The position numbers were made by a program, and so were the translations under genes. From IMG/VR virus record IMGVR_UViG_3300010275_000472, positions 6,276 through 70,275 of that record: DNA of 64,000 nt. The stretch is one strand, 5' to 3'. Within the stretch, counting starts at the first letter, position 1. Every line of letters starts with the position of its first letter. The stretch comes from a virus. Lineage: Duplodnaviria > Caudoviricetes. Positions 35,761 through 45,448 of the stretch are shown piece after piece. The notes under the pieces were generated by a model, which saw nothing but the letters and a program-made list of their open reading frames with translations, ran no database searches and was not told the origin of the DNA.

Positions 35761-35996
35761 AGATCAAATCCGGCGTATGGTACTGGCTGGCCGTGGCCAG
35801 CGGGGCCGTGGGCCTGCTGTACGGCATGGGGCTGGAGGGCAGTTTCCAGACCGGCGGCACCGTCTCGGACGGCGCGTTCATCACGGCTATGGTGCTGATC
35901 CTGCTGGCGGTGTTCTTTGCCCGGCTGGGCTTTGCCTCCCATGATCGGGAGCAGCAGGAGCGCCGCAAGGTGCACCAGCAGCCCGCAACACCGTAA
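35757..35996 (+). CDS. Small two-TM membrane protein
   Basis: Two hydrophobic helices; ATGA-coupled. Confidence 0.75.
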   Translation: MKIKSGVWYWLAVASGAVGLLYGMGLEGSFQTGGTVSDGAFITAMVLILLAVFFARLGFASHDREQQERRKVHQQPATP

Positions 35997-36021
35997 AGAG
36001 CGGCAGGAAGGCAGGCTGAGC

Positions 36022-36351
36022 ATGAGCGACTTCAAGACCTACACCCGTATCTGCGTGGACTGCGGCAAGGTGCTCTGCAATGTCGGACGCTCTGCCCAGC
36101 GCTGCCCCGAATGCGGCAAAAAGCACGCCAACGCCCTGAGCCTTGAATGGGATCGCCGGCGCAATGAAGAACTGCAGGCCCAGCGTCAGGGCCTTGCCGC
36201 TGAGCGCAGCAGCCTTGCCCTTCACGCCGAGGTCCGCGCTGCAGAAAAAGCCGGCCTGAGCTACGGCAAATACATGCTGCAGAAAATGCAGGCAAACAAA
36301 AAGCCCGCCGGTGCGCCAACACCGACGAGCCCAAAGGGTGATGGAATTTGA
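36022..36351 (+). CDS. Zn-finger hypothetical protein
   Basis: CVDCG...CPECG. Confidence 0.7.
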   Translation: MSDFKTYTRICVDCGKVLCNVGRSAQRCPECGKKHANALSLEWDRRRNEELQAQRQGLAAERSSLALHAEVRAAEKAGLSYGKYMLQKMQANKKPAGAPTPTSPKGDGI

Positions 36352-36361
36352 AAGCCCCATC
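36295..36361 (-). ncRNA. Candidate antisense sRNA (homologous to 23341-23405)
   Basis: TTGTAA-18-TATGAT with TG extension (36368-36397); two hairpins; U-tail. Confidence 0.65.
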
Positions 36362-36401
36362 ACCCCGATCATACCATAAAATCGGAGGTTTTTACAAGAA
36401 A

Positions 36402-36803
36402 ATGAATGCAAAAAATAAAAACGCACTGCTGGAGCACATCAAAAACGCGCCCGAATGGCAGTCCGCGCTGATCTACGAGCAGCTTGCTGCCCTGAACAAA
36501 GCAGCAGCCGACATCTCCACCGGTACTTCCACACTGGAGCAGGGCTTTGCCGACGGCAAGCTCCGGCCCGACCGCTATTACTGTTCCGACAGGGTCTTCC
36601 GCCGGGACTGCAACACCGGCGTTCTGGACAGCATCGCGTCCGCCCTTGGCAGGGCTTTGGCGGCGCTGGAAGTTTTTTCCGCCCTGTCCGATGCATTCCA
36701 GCGGGAGTACCTCTCCAGCGTCGAAATCTCGCAGGGCATCTACTACAACGAGCTGGAAAAGCTCTGCCTCAGGCATGGGTACACGAAGGAGGACAACGCA
36801 TGA
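36402..36803 (+). CDS. Hypothetical protein (133 aa)
   Basis: GGAGG upstream of MNAKNK. Confidence 0.7.
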   Translation: MNAKNKNALLEHIKNAPEWQSALIYEQLAALNKAAADISTGTSTLEQGFADGKLRPDRYYCSDRVFRRDCNTGVLDSIASALGRALAALEVFSALSDAFQREYLSSVEISQGIYYNELEKLCLRHGYTKEDNA

Positions 36804-37096
36804 AAGGCATTCTGATCGAACCGGACAAGGGGCCCGTGGTCACCACCCTGCCGGATACGCTGCAGGGCATTGAAGCATGGTTGGGCGGGCACGCTGACCA
36901 GAAATATTTCTCCCGCACACCTGCCATCCTGATGCACAGTGCCGCAGGCCGGGAGCCGAACCGCATCTGGCGCGGCGAGGTTCTTTGCGGCACTCTTCTG
37001 TGCTACGGCTGGCGCGGCGGCCGCCTGCAGCCCCTGAACAAGGCCCTGCAGGCTGAGCTGCTGGACAGGCTCAAGGACACGGAGGTGCGGGTATGA
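36800..37096 (+). CDS. DUF3846-like protein
   Basis: GILIEP...TLQGIEAWLGG...NR...CGTLL; AAGGAGG RBS. Confidence 0.6.
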   Translation: MKGILIEPDKGPVVTTLPDTLQGIEAWLGGHADQKYFSRTPAILMHSAAGREPNRIWRGEVLCGTLLCYGWRGGRLQPLNKALQAELLDRLKDTEVRV

Positions 37097-38622
37097 TCAT
37101 CAGCCAGAACAGCAACGATGTTTACTACGCCTATACCCGTGGGCGCTTCTGGCGCTGGGACGGATCCGCACGGGTCTGGAAGGAAAGCCATCTGCTGGCG
37201 CAGAAATTCGGCAAGGCCAAGGCAGCTGAAAAGCGGCTGACCCCGGAAGCGTTTCTGACCGGCGATGAGTTCATCCCCATGGATGACTACGAGCTTCCGC
37301 AGTCGATGCTGACGGCCCTCATGGAGGCCAAGCCCTGCAAGAACGCGCCCATTGAACCGGCGGAAGAACACCCTACCCCATCCGCGCAGTATTCGGATGC
37401 TGCCACTGCTGCGGAAAGCCAAACTGCGGCATCCCCGGCAGCGCCGGAGGGGTCAAGCCCTACGACGGAGAAGGCAGATGCTGTCAGCGGCTCCGATGCT
37501 CCGGGCAATGCAACCGGAAAGAACGCTGCACCATCCGCTGGCTCCGGCAGCTCTTTGAGTAATCCCGCCGCGCCTACCTTTGACTTTTCCGCTCTGGGCG
37601 AGCTGTCCGAACAGGCCGTGGAGACCGACCAGCAGTTCGACCTGCATTACGGTGTTTCAAAGGATGAATATCTCATTTCCTGCATCTATGTTGCCAAGAT
37701 GCACGCCCTGACGGCCAAGGCTGGCCGCTATGGCGGCGGTACATGGACAAAGTGGTATGAGAGTAAAGGTTTAAGCCATGGCAGCGCCACAAAAATGGTA
37801 CAGAATGGCGATGCTTTTAAATCGTCAACTGTTGACGATTTAAAATGCCTGTCAGAACTGACCCGCAAGGACCTGAACCTGATCGCCCGCTCCGGCTGTG
37901 CGGAACAGCTCACCGCAGCTGCCGGAGACAGCCAGCGGGTGCAGGAGCTTTTAGCCCAGCTCAAGGCCAAAGAGTACAAACTGAACGAAACGCAGGCCAG
38001 ATTGAAGAGCGCCTGCATTCAGGAGCAGGAGTCGCGGGACGCAATGAATACCGCCAATGCTCAGCTGGAAGCCGCAAATGCCGACATTAAAGGTCTGACA
38101 GAGCAGAACGCCCAGCTGAAAGAGCGCGCCGACTCTGCCGAAGCCCGGGAAGAGGAAGCATGGAAGATGCAGAGCAAGGCCGAAGCCCGGGCCAAGAACG
38201 CCGAGGATGCCCTCAAAAAGCAGCCCATCGTGGGCGTGACTGACCCGGAAGAAGTCCGGCGGCAGGCGGATGCCCTTGCCGCCGAAGCAAAGGCGCAGGC
38301 CCGCAGACAGATCGAGGACGCTCAGCGCCGGGCTCGTGAAGCCGAAGCCAGATACCAGAAGCTGCAGCAGGATGCAGACGGTTTCCTTGCGCCGGAGCAG
38401 TCCTGTGCCCAGCAGGCAAAGATCATCGCTGATTCCATGCGCAGCATGTATCTGGGCTGGTTCGGCCTTGCCAGCACCACCGGCACCCCGCTGGCCCGCA
38501 TGGCCGCGCCGATCTATCAGGTGTGCGATGAAATTCGTGAATCACTGGAAGAAGATACCACCATCAACCCTACTGCGGAGGGCAGTGTGGAGGACGCAGA
38601 ACGGGAGGCGTTGTTTGAATGA
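37093..38622 (+). CDS. Hypothetical protein with central HTH-like (DUF3102-like) segment and long coiled coil
   Basis: 509 aa; GTWTKWYESKGLSHGSATKMVQ; heptad-rich C-terminal half. Confidence 0.7.
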   Translation: MIISQNSNDVYYAYTRGRFWRWDGSARVWKESHLLAQKFGKAKAAEKRLTPEAFLTGDEFIPMDDYELPQSMLTALMEAKPCKNAPIEPAEEHPTPSAQYSDAATAAESQTAASPAAPEGSSPTTEKADAVSGSDAPGNATGKNAAPSAGSGSSLSNPAAPTFDFSALGELSEQAVETDQQFDLHYGVSKDEYLISCIYVAKMHALTAKAGRYGGGTWTKWYESKGLSHGSATKMVQNGDAFKSSTVDDLKCLSELTRKDLNLIARSGCAEQLTAAAGDSQRVQELLAQLKAKEYKLNETQARLKSACIQEQESRDAMNTANAQLEAANADIKGLTEQNAQLKERADSAEAREEEAWKMQSKAEARAKNAEDALKKQPIVGVTDPEEVRRQADALAAEAKAQARRQIEDAQRRAREAEARYQKLQQDADGFLAPEQSCAQQAKIIADSMRSMYLGWFGLASTTGTPLARMAAPIYQVCDEIRESLEEDTTINPTAEGSVEDAEREALFE

Positions 38623-39209
38623 GATTTGACACAAAAGCATTGTTCAAACTGATGAAGCAGAGCTGGCGGGGCGGCGGCGTGAAGATCCAGCGCACCGAGT
38701 ACCGCGGGCTGTGGGATTCCTTTTTCATCACCGGCGCGGGCTGGGCGCTGCTGATGCCGAAGGAGCACTGCCCCGGCGAGATCGCGGGCCAGATCGTCAC
38801 ATGGCTGGCGGACATGCCCAAGATCGGCGAATCCAAGTGGGTGGTCAAGGGCTGCGACCCGCAGGACATCCCGGAAAGCGACCGCACCATCGACCTCAGC
38901 CGCTATACGGCCGGCACGTATGAGACCGGCATCGCCTGCCTGCCGCTGTACACTGCCACAGATGCCCTGATCCAGTACGGCGACAGCAATCAGGTGGCGG
39001 CGTTTCCGCTGGACGCCTTTGCCGTGGTGCAGACCGGTGCGAACCTTGGTTTTCTGGATACGGAGACCGGCATCGCCCGCTGGAAGGATGAGGACACGAA
39101 GGGCCTGTTCTGGCTCTGTGACAACGCGGGGCAATGTCCCGCAGGATGTGCGGGACGCCGCAGCGCGGTTCACCCCGCAGAAACATTGAGGAGGTATTTT
39201 TATGGTTGA
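38619..39209 (+). CDS. Hypothetical protein (196 aa)
   Basis: ATGA-coupled. Confidence 0.7.
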   Translation: MRFDTKALFKLMKQSWRGGGVKIQRTEYRGLWDSFFITGAGWALLMPKEHCPGEIAGQIVTWLADMPKIGESKWVVKGCDPQDIPESDRTIDLSRYTAGTYETGIACLPLYTATDALIQYGDSNQVAAFPLDAFAVVQTGANLGFLDTETGIARWKDEDTKGLFWLCDNAGQCPAGCAGRRSAVHPAETLRRYFYG

Positions 39210-40101
39210 GATCACCCGCGCCACCCGCGAAAAATCCAAGCTGCGTATTGCGCTGGCCGGTGTTTCCGGCGGCGGCAAGACCCTTGGCGCGCTGCTGCTG
39301 GCTTCCGGCCTGACCGGCGGCGACTTTTCCAAAATCTGTCTCATCGACACCGAGCACCGGCGCGGCGAGCTGTACGCCAACCGCAGCGACCTTGGCATCG
39401 GTGAGTTCTGGCACATCGAACTCAAGGCCCCCTATTCCCCCGATCATTACAAAGAATGTGTGGATGCCGCCGTGCAGAAGGTGGGGCCGGACGGCGTTGT
39501 GATCGTGGACAGCCTGTCCCATGCATGGAACAGCTCCGGCGGCGTGCTGGAAATCAAGGCCGGCATTGCCGCCCAGCCCAACAAAAACAGTTACACCGCA
39601 TGGGACGAGGCCGGACGCATCCAGAACAACTTTATCAACTACCTGCTGTCGGTCAACTGCCACACCATCTGCACCCTGCGGGTCAAGCAGGACTATGTGC
39701 TCACCGAGAACGACCGCGGCAGGCAGGTACCGGTAAAAGTGGGCCTTGCGCCGGTGCAGCGGGATGATGTGGAATATGAATTTGACATCATGTTCACCAT
39801 CGGGCGTGACCACATTGCCACCACCAGCAAGGACGTCACCTTTCTGGACGGCTTCGGCGCGGTCATTACATCGGAACTGGGCAGGCAGCTGGCCGAGTGG
39901 GCCAACGACGGCAAGGAGCCCATCCGCTGCGAGGAATGCGGGCGGCTGGTATCGGCCACCAGCAAAATGACCATCGACCAGCTGGCCGGTTACACCCGCC
40001 AGACTTACGGCAAATGCCTGTGCGCCGCCTGCGCCCTGAAAGCCGAGAAGGCCCGCCGCGCCGCCGAGAAGGAAAAGGAGGCTGCCCATGCGCCCCAGTG
40101 A
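39202..40101 (+). CDS. AAA ATPase, Sak4-like recombination protein
   Basis: GVSGGGKT, IDTE, VIVDSLSHAW; C-terminal Zn ribbon. Confidence 0.85.
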   Translation: MVEITRATREKSKLRIALAGVSGGGKTLGALLLASGLTGGDFSKICLIDTEHRRGELYANRSDLGIGEFWHIELKAPYSPDHYKECVDAAVQKVGPDGVVIVDSLSHAWNSSGGVLEIKAGIAAQPNKNSYTAWDEAGRIQNNFINYLLSVNCHTICTLRVKQDYVLTENDRGRQVPVKVGLAPVQRDDVEYEFDIMFTIGRDHIATTSKDVTFLDGFGAVITSELGRQLAEWANDGKEPIRCEECGRLVSATSKMTIDQLAGYTRQTYGKCLCAACALKAEKARRAAEKEKEAAHAPQ

Positions 40102-40540
40102 TACCCGCACCCGGCAGAAAAAGGACCGGTTGCAGCAGGCTCGCAATGCCCGCGGCAAGGTCTGGCAGAACGACCTGCTGGATATCCTCTGCGGCATCCC
40201 CAAGGTCTGGTGCCGCGGCTGGCCCGCCGACTATGCCGGCCAGCCCTACGACATCGAGGCCACCATCGACGGCCGCAGCTGGGGCATCGAGTGCAAGCAC
40301 ATCGCCAAAGGCAACCTGCCCTTCTCGGCCTTCCGTCCCAACGAGGTGGAGAACCTTTCCCGCAAAGAGGATGCCGGCGGCATTGCGGTGGTGGCCGTGC
40401 GCCGGGACGCGCCTGCCGCAGACGTTTACTTTCCGTGGTACTACATCCGCGACCGCGTCGAGAGCGGCGAGCGCGGCAGCGTGAAGCTGGAAGGCCTGCC
40501 CACCGACATTCTGAACGTGCTGGAGGTGGTGCACCCGTGA
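40088..40540 (+). CDS. PD-(D/E)xK nuclease, RecU-like Holliday junction resolvase
   Basis: PYD...IECK...NE motif. Confidence 0.7.
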   Translation: MRPSDTRTRQKKDRLQQARNARGKVWQNDLLDILCGIPKVWCRGWPADYAGQPYDIEATIDGRSWGIECKHIAKGNLPFSAFRPNEVENLSRKEDAGGIAVVAVRRDAPAADVYFPWYYIRDRVESGERGSVKLEGLPTDILNVLEVVHP

Positions 40541-41946
40541 TCTACACGCTGGATGGAGAGCTGCATCTACAGGATGTGCCGACGCCGCTGCTGCACCAGC
40601 TCATCCGGGAGCTGACCGTGCCGAACCCCAAGTACCAGAATGCCCTGCGGATGGGCAGGCCCACCTACAACATCCCGGAAACGGTGATGCTATACGAGAT
40701 CAAGGGCAACGCCCTCACCCTGCCGCGCGGCATGGCAGAAGAGGTCTGGCGGCAGCGGCCTGCCGGCACCACCGCGCAGGTCCGCACCCTCAAGGGTGAG
40801 CTGGTCGCTTTTGACGCCTCCCGCTTTTCCCTGCGGGGCTACCAGCAGCAGGCCGTAGATGCTGCGCTGGCCTGCCGGTGGTGTCAGGGCGTACTGATCG
40901 CGCCCTGCGGTGCCGGAAAGACCGAGATCGGCATGGCGGTCATTGCCCGTCTGGGCCGGCCCGCGCTCTGGATCACCCACACGCTGGACCTTGCCCAGCA
41001 GGCCAAGGAGCGCGCACAGCTGCGTCTGGGGCTGGACGAACGGGAGGTTGCCATCGTGTCCGGCCGCCGCAAGCGCTGCGGCACCAAACTGACCATCGCC
41101 ACCGTGCAAAGCCTGTACCGCATGGAGCTGGACGCGCTTGCCCGCACCGTGGGTGTGGTGATCGTGGACGAGTGCCACCATGTCGTCAATAACCCGGAGC
41201 AGGCCAGCATGTTTGCGGCGGTGCTCAAATGCCTGCCTGCCCGCTGGCGCTTTGGCTTGACCGCCAGCGACACCCGCAGCGACGGCCTGAGCGAGACCAT
41301 TTTTCAGGTGCTTGGCCCCCGCGTGGCGGTGATCGCGCCGGAACAGCTGGAGCAGATCACCATCACGCCGCAGGTCGAAACGGTGCCCACCGCCTTTGTG
41401 TATACGCCCCGTGCCAACGAAAGCCCCATCGACTATGTGCGCCTGATGCGCTGCATGGCCGATGATGCAGGCCGGATGCAGACGGTGGAAGGCATCCTTG
41501 ACCGGGCCGTGACCGAGGGCCGCAGCTGGCTGGTGCTGGCGGCGTCCCTCGCCATTCTGGAACGGCTGCACGAATACGCCCTCAGCCTTGGCCTTGCCGC
41601 CGAGTTTGTCTGCGGCGCCACCAAAAAATCCGAGCGCACCGCCGCGCTGGCCCGCATGAAGACCGGGCAGGCCCGCATCCTGTTTGCCACCTACCAGCTG
41701 GCAAAGGAAGGGCTGGACATCCCGTGTCTGGACCGCCTTGTGCTGGCAACACCCACCCGCAACAAAGTGATCGTACAGCAGAGCATCGGCCGCATCCAGC
41801 GCCCTGCCCCCGGCAAAACCGACGCCCTTGTGATCGACCTTGTGGACGAAAAGACCCCGCAGCTGATGGTGCAGTACAAACAGCGCCGGACGCTTTACAA
41901 AAAAATGAACATCACAGAAAAGGAGTACTTACCATGTCTGAACTGA
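40537..41946 (+). CDS. Superfamily II DEAD/H helicase
   Basis: APCGAGKT, DECHH, LTAS, EGLDIP, QSIGRIQR; GTG start. Confidence 0.92.
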   Translation: MIYTLDGELHLQDVPTPLLHQLIRELTVPNPKYQNALRMGRPTYNIPETVMLYEIKGNALTLPRGMAEEVWRQRPAGTTAQVRTLKGELVAFDASRFSLRGYQQQAVDAALACRWCQGVLIAPCGAGKTEIGMAVIARLGRPALWITHTLDLAQQAKERAQLRLGLDEREVAIVSGRRKRCGTKLTIATVQSLYRMELDALARTVGVVIVDECHHVVNNPEQASMFAAVLKCLPARWRFGLTASDTRSDGLSETIFQVLGPRVAVIAPEQLEQITITPQVETVPTAFVYTPRANESPIDYVRLMRCMADDAGRMQTVEGILDRAVTEGRSWLVLAASLAILERLHEYALSLGLAAEFVCGATKKSERTAALARMKTGQARILFATYQLAKEGLDIPCLDRLVLATPTRNKVIVQQSIGRIQRPAPGKTDALVIDLVDEKTPQLMVQYKQRRTLYKKMNITEKEYLPCLN

Positions 41947-42431
41947 ACTATGCATCCGCCCTCGCCGCCCTTGATGATGATTTTGCTTCGGCCAGCGCCC
42001 AGACCGGCGGCGGAGAGCTGCCGGTGGGCCGCTACAACGCCATCCTGAAGGAAGCCCGGATCGTGCCCCGCAATAACGGCATTGCCCTGAGCGTGTCCTT
42101 CATTGTGACCGAAGGACCGTACAAGGGCCGCTATGCCTTTACCAGCTACGGCCTGCACAAGAACGGCCTGCCCTTCTTCAAGGGCTTTTTGCAGATGATC
42201 CAGCTGCCGCTGGCCCGCCTGAGCGAGCTGGAAAAATCGCTGCCGCAGTTCCCCGGCCACCTGTGCGTGATCAACGTGCAGCAGGACAAGCAAAAGCCCC
42301 AGTACACCCGCACCTACGTGGACCGCTATCTGGGCATGGGCAAGGTGGAGGACTACCTCAGCCCGCAGGCCCAGCCGGATGCGCAGGACGACTACAGCGA
42401 CATCGACGACACGGATGATGTTCCCTTTTAA
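41934..42431 (+). CDS. ssDNA-binding protein (DUF669-like)
   Basis: LPVGRY, EGPYKGR, acidic tail ending DDVPF. Confidence 0.8.
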   Translation: MSELNYASALAALDDDFASASAQTGGGELPVGRYNAILKEARIVPRNNGIALSVSFIVTEGPYKGRYAFTSYGLHKNGLPFFKGFLQMIQLPLARLSELEKSLPQFPGHLCVINVQQDKQKPQYTRTYVDRYLGMGKVEDYLSPQAQPDAQDDYSDIDDTDDVPF

Positions 42432-42445
42432 CTGAGGAGGTGCAC

Positions 42446-44845
42446 ATGCTCGAACAGTTCCCGCAGGCTCTGAAAGAGAGCCGCCGCTGGGTCTGCTTCG
42501 ATGCCGCCAAAACGCCCATCAACCCCGCCACCGGAAAGAAAGCAATGTCGAACGAGCCTGCCACATGGGGCACGCTGGCGGCGGCACAGGCTGCCGTCTC
42601 CCGTTTTGGCCTGCGCGGTGTCGGGGTGCTTTTGGGCGATGGGCTGTGCGGCATCGACATTGACCATTGCCGGGACCCGGACACCGGCACACTCTCGGAC
42701 ATGGCCCGGGAGATCATCGACCAGATGCAGACCTACACCGAAGAAAGCCCCAGCGGCACCGGCGTGCATCTGCTGTTCACCGGCCAAAAGCCGGCCGGGC
42801 CCTGCCGCAAAAGCAGCATCGGGCTGGAAATGTACGACGGCGGGCGGTATTTCACTGTCACCGGCAAGGCCCTGAACCGCTGCCCCATTGAGGAGCGCAC
42901 CGCCGAATGTGCTGCCGTGCACGCAAAGTATCTGGCAAAGTCGGAAACGGCCCCGCTGCCTGCGCCCGCCGCTGTGTGGCAGAAGGTGGACCGCTCCGAC
43001 GAAGAGCTGCTGCGCACCGCCTGCGCCGCCCGCGATGGTGAGCGGTTTGCCGCCCTGTATGCCGGCAGCTGGCAGGCCTACTACAACAGCCACAGCGAAG
43101 CAGACCTCAGCTTTTGCAATCTGCTGGCCTTCTGGTTTGGTGCCGATGTGGAGCGCATGGACCGCATTTTCCGTTCTTCCGGCCTGATGCGCCCCAAATG
43201 GGACGAGCGGCGCGGCACCAAGACCTACGGCCGCTGGACGCTGGAGCGCGCCGTCAGCGACTGTCAGGAGGTGTACTCGCCCACATCCGCACAGGACGCC
43301 GTACCCTTTGCGGATCAGGACGAAGCTCTCCGCGCACTGAACGCCAAGTACGGTGCGCAGGCGCCTGCCGCCGCGCCGGCCCCCGGCGTCAAGACCTACT
43401 CCATGGACGACACCGGCAACGCCCGGCGCTTCCGCGACCGCTACGCCGACCGGGTGCGCTACAACCCCACAGACAAATGCTGGATGGTGTGGGACGGCAC
43501 CCGCTGGAAGCGGGACGACCTTGCCACGGTCAAGGGCCTTGCAGATGAGATGCTGGACCAGATGGACAAGGCCTGTTTCGGCATCCGGGATATCAATTCT
43601 GCCGGTGCCATGCGCCGCCATGTGCAGAAAAGCCGTTCCAGCCGCAGCAAGGAAGCTTTCCTCAAGGAAGCCCAGCACCTGCCCGGCATCCCCATGCTGC
43701 CGGAGCAGTTCGACAAAAACAAGGGCCTGCTGAACGTGCGCAACGGCATCCTGAACCTTGCCCGCCGGGAGCTTGTGCCCCATGACCGGGAGCGCTACAT
43801 CACCCGCATGGCGCAGGTGGATTACGACCCGGCCGCAAAAGCCCCCGTGTGGGAAGCGTTCATCCAGTCCGTCACCGGCGGGGACGCCCGGCTGGCCGAA
43901 TATCTGCAAGTGATGGTAGGCTACTGCCTGTGCGGTTCCACACGGGAGCAGTGCATGTTCTTTTTGTACGGCGACGGTGCCAACGGCAAAAGCACCTTTC
44001 TGGAAACGCTGGCCAAAATGCTGGGCGACTACTGCATGAACGCGCAGGCCGATACCATCGCCAGCACCCGCAGCCGCTCCTCCGGCGCGGCCCGCAGCGA
44101 CGTGGCCCGCCTGAAAGGTGCCCGCTTCGTCACACTGGAAGAGGGCGATCAGGGCGCAACGCTGGACGAAGGCCTTGTAAAGCAGATGACCGGCGGCAAC
44201 ACCATCACCGCCCGCTTCCAGTACGGCAAGGAGTTCGAGTTCCGGCCGGAGTTCAAGCTGGTGGAAGCCACCAACCACCTGCCCAAGATCCACGGCACCG
44301 ACGTGGGCATCTGGCGGCGCATCCGGCTGGTGCCCTTTACCCAGAGCATCCCGGAAGAAAAACAGGACATCCTGCTGCCCCAGAAGCTGGAGGGCGAGCT
44401 GTCCGGCATCCTCAACTGGGCGCTGGACGGTTTGCAGAAATGGCTGGCCAACAGTCAGGGCGGCAGGCGGCACGGCCTGCCCGCCTGCGCCGCTGTGGAC
44501 AGCGCCGTGAGCGCCTACAAGCAGGATCAGGACCGCATCGTGGCCTTTCTGGCCGACTGCACCGAACCTGCCGAGGGCAGCACCGTGCAGGCCAGCGTGC
44601 TGTTCCGCACCTACCTGAACTGGTGCAGCGAGAACAACGAAAAATGGCGCATGGCCAATAAGCAGTTCGGCATGGAAGTAAAAAAGCACTACGAGATCCG
44701 CAAGGGCCGGTATTACAACGAGTTCGTCGGCCTGTGCCTTTCCGACGAAGGGCTGCGCTGCATCGCGCTGAACCGCGGCAGCGAACCTTCTGCCATGCCT
44801 TCCCGGCCTGCCCCTCTGTACGAACAAACCAGCCTGAAAAGCTGA
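42446..44845 (+). CDS. Primase-polymerase / D5-P4-type SF3 helicase
   Basis: CGIDIDHC, ESPSGTGVH, EMYDGGRYFTVTG; GDGANGKST Walker A. Confidence 0.92.
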   Translation: MLEQFPQALKESRRWVCFDAAKTPINPATGKKAMSNEPATWGTLAAAQAAVSRFGLRGVGVLLGDGLCGIDIDHCRDPDTGTLSDMAREIIDQMQTYTEESPSGTGVHLLFTGQKPAGPCRKSSIGLEMYDGGRYFTVTGKALNRCPIEERTAECAAVHAKYLAKSETAPLPAPAAVWQKVDRSDEELLRTACAARDGERFAALYAGSWQAYYNSHSEADLSFCNLLAFWFGADVERMDRIFRSSGLMRPKWDERRGTKTYGRWTLERAVSDCQEVYSPTSAQDAVPFADQDEALRALNAKYGAQAPAAAPAPGVKTYSMDDTGNARRFRDRYADRVRYNPTDKCWMVWDGTRWKRDDLATVKGLADEMLDQMDKACFGIRDINSAGAMRRHVQKSRSSRSKEAFLKEAQHLPGIPMLPEQFDKNKGLLNVRNGILNLARRELVPHDRERYITRMAQVDYDPAAKAPVWEAFIQSVTGGDARLAEYLQVMVGYCLCGSTREQCMFFLYGDGANGKSTFLETLAKMLGDYCMNAQADTIASTRSRSSGAARSDVARLKGARFVTLEEGDQGATLDEGLVKQMTGGNTITARFQYGKEFEFRPEFKLVEATNHLPKIHGTDVGIWRRIRLVPFTQSIPEEKQDILLPQKLEGELSGILNWALDGLQKWLANSQGGRRHGLPACAAVDSAVSAYKQDQDRIVAFLADCTEPAEGSTVQASVLFRTYLNWCSENNEKWRMANKQFGMEVKKHYEIRKGRYYNEFVGLCLSDEGLRCIALNRGSEPSAMPSRPAPLYEQTSLKS

Positions 44846-44848
44846 CCG

Positions 44849-44960
44849 TGTGGAGGGTGTGGAAGGAAAAGGGGCTGTTCCCAGACTTTTTACTATATTA
44901 TTTTTTTCGTCCCCCTAGGGAGTTTTCAGAAATAGCCTCCTACCCTCCACACCCTCCACA
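44849..44960. repeat. 15-bp inverted repeat around an AT-rich core, candidate origin
   Basis: TGTGGAGGGTGTGGA (44849) / TCCACACCCTCCACA (44946), directly after the primase gene. Confidence 0.6.
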
Positions 44961-44976
44961 GAAAGGAGTAACCAAT

Positions 44977-45396
44977 TTGACCTACGAAGAGAAAAAGGCA
45001 TGGCTCTGGCGGTATCGGACGGCCAAGCGGTTTGAGCTGCTCAAGCTGGACGAGCTGGCCACATTGCAGACCGACGCTACCCACACCACCCAGCGCTTTT
45101 CCCCTGTGCCGGGCGGCAGCGGCGACGGACAGGCCCTGCCCCGCAGTGTGGAGCGCATCGACGAAGTCCGCCGGGCCGCCGAGGCGCAGTCTGCCGTGTG
45201 CGACACCATCCGCGCCGAGATCATGGACGTGTTCAGCCAGCTGGACAATGAGGTGGATTTCATGATCCTGTTCCGGCGATATATCCTGCTGGAGGACTGG
45301 CCGGACATCTCGGAGCATGTCCGGATCTCCCGCAGCCAGACATTCCTGCACCACAGCACAGCCATAAAAAGACTGGATATCAAAAGTCCGGACTGA
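44977..45396 (+). CDS. Late transcription regulator (ArpU/RinA-like)
   Basis: TTG start with AAAGGAG; C-terminal HTH RRYILLEDWPDISEHVRISRSQTFLHH. Confidence 0.75.
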   Translation: MTYEEKKAWLWRYRTAKRFELLKLDELATLQTDATHTTQRFSPVPGGSGDGQALPRSVERIDEVRRAAEAQSAVCDTIRAEIMDVFSQLDNEVDFMILFRRYILLEDWPDISEHVRISRSQTFLHHSTAIKRLDIKSPD

Positions 45397-45442
45397 ACCG
45401 GAGCGAACCGGACTTGATAATACTGTCAACCCCTGCTAAAAT
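45386..45442 (+). promoter_or_regulatory. Late promoter with three CCGGA repeats at 10-bp spacing
   Basis: TTGATA-17-TAAAAT with TG extension (45414-45442). Confidence 0.7.
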
Positions 45443-45448
45443 TTAAAA

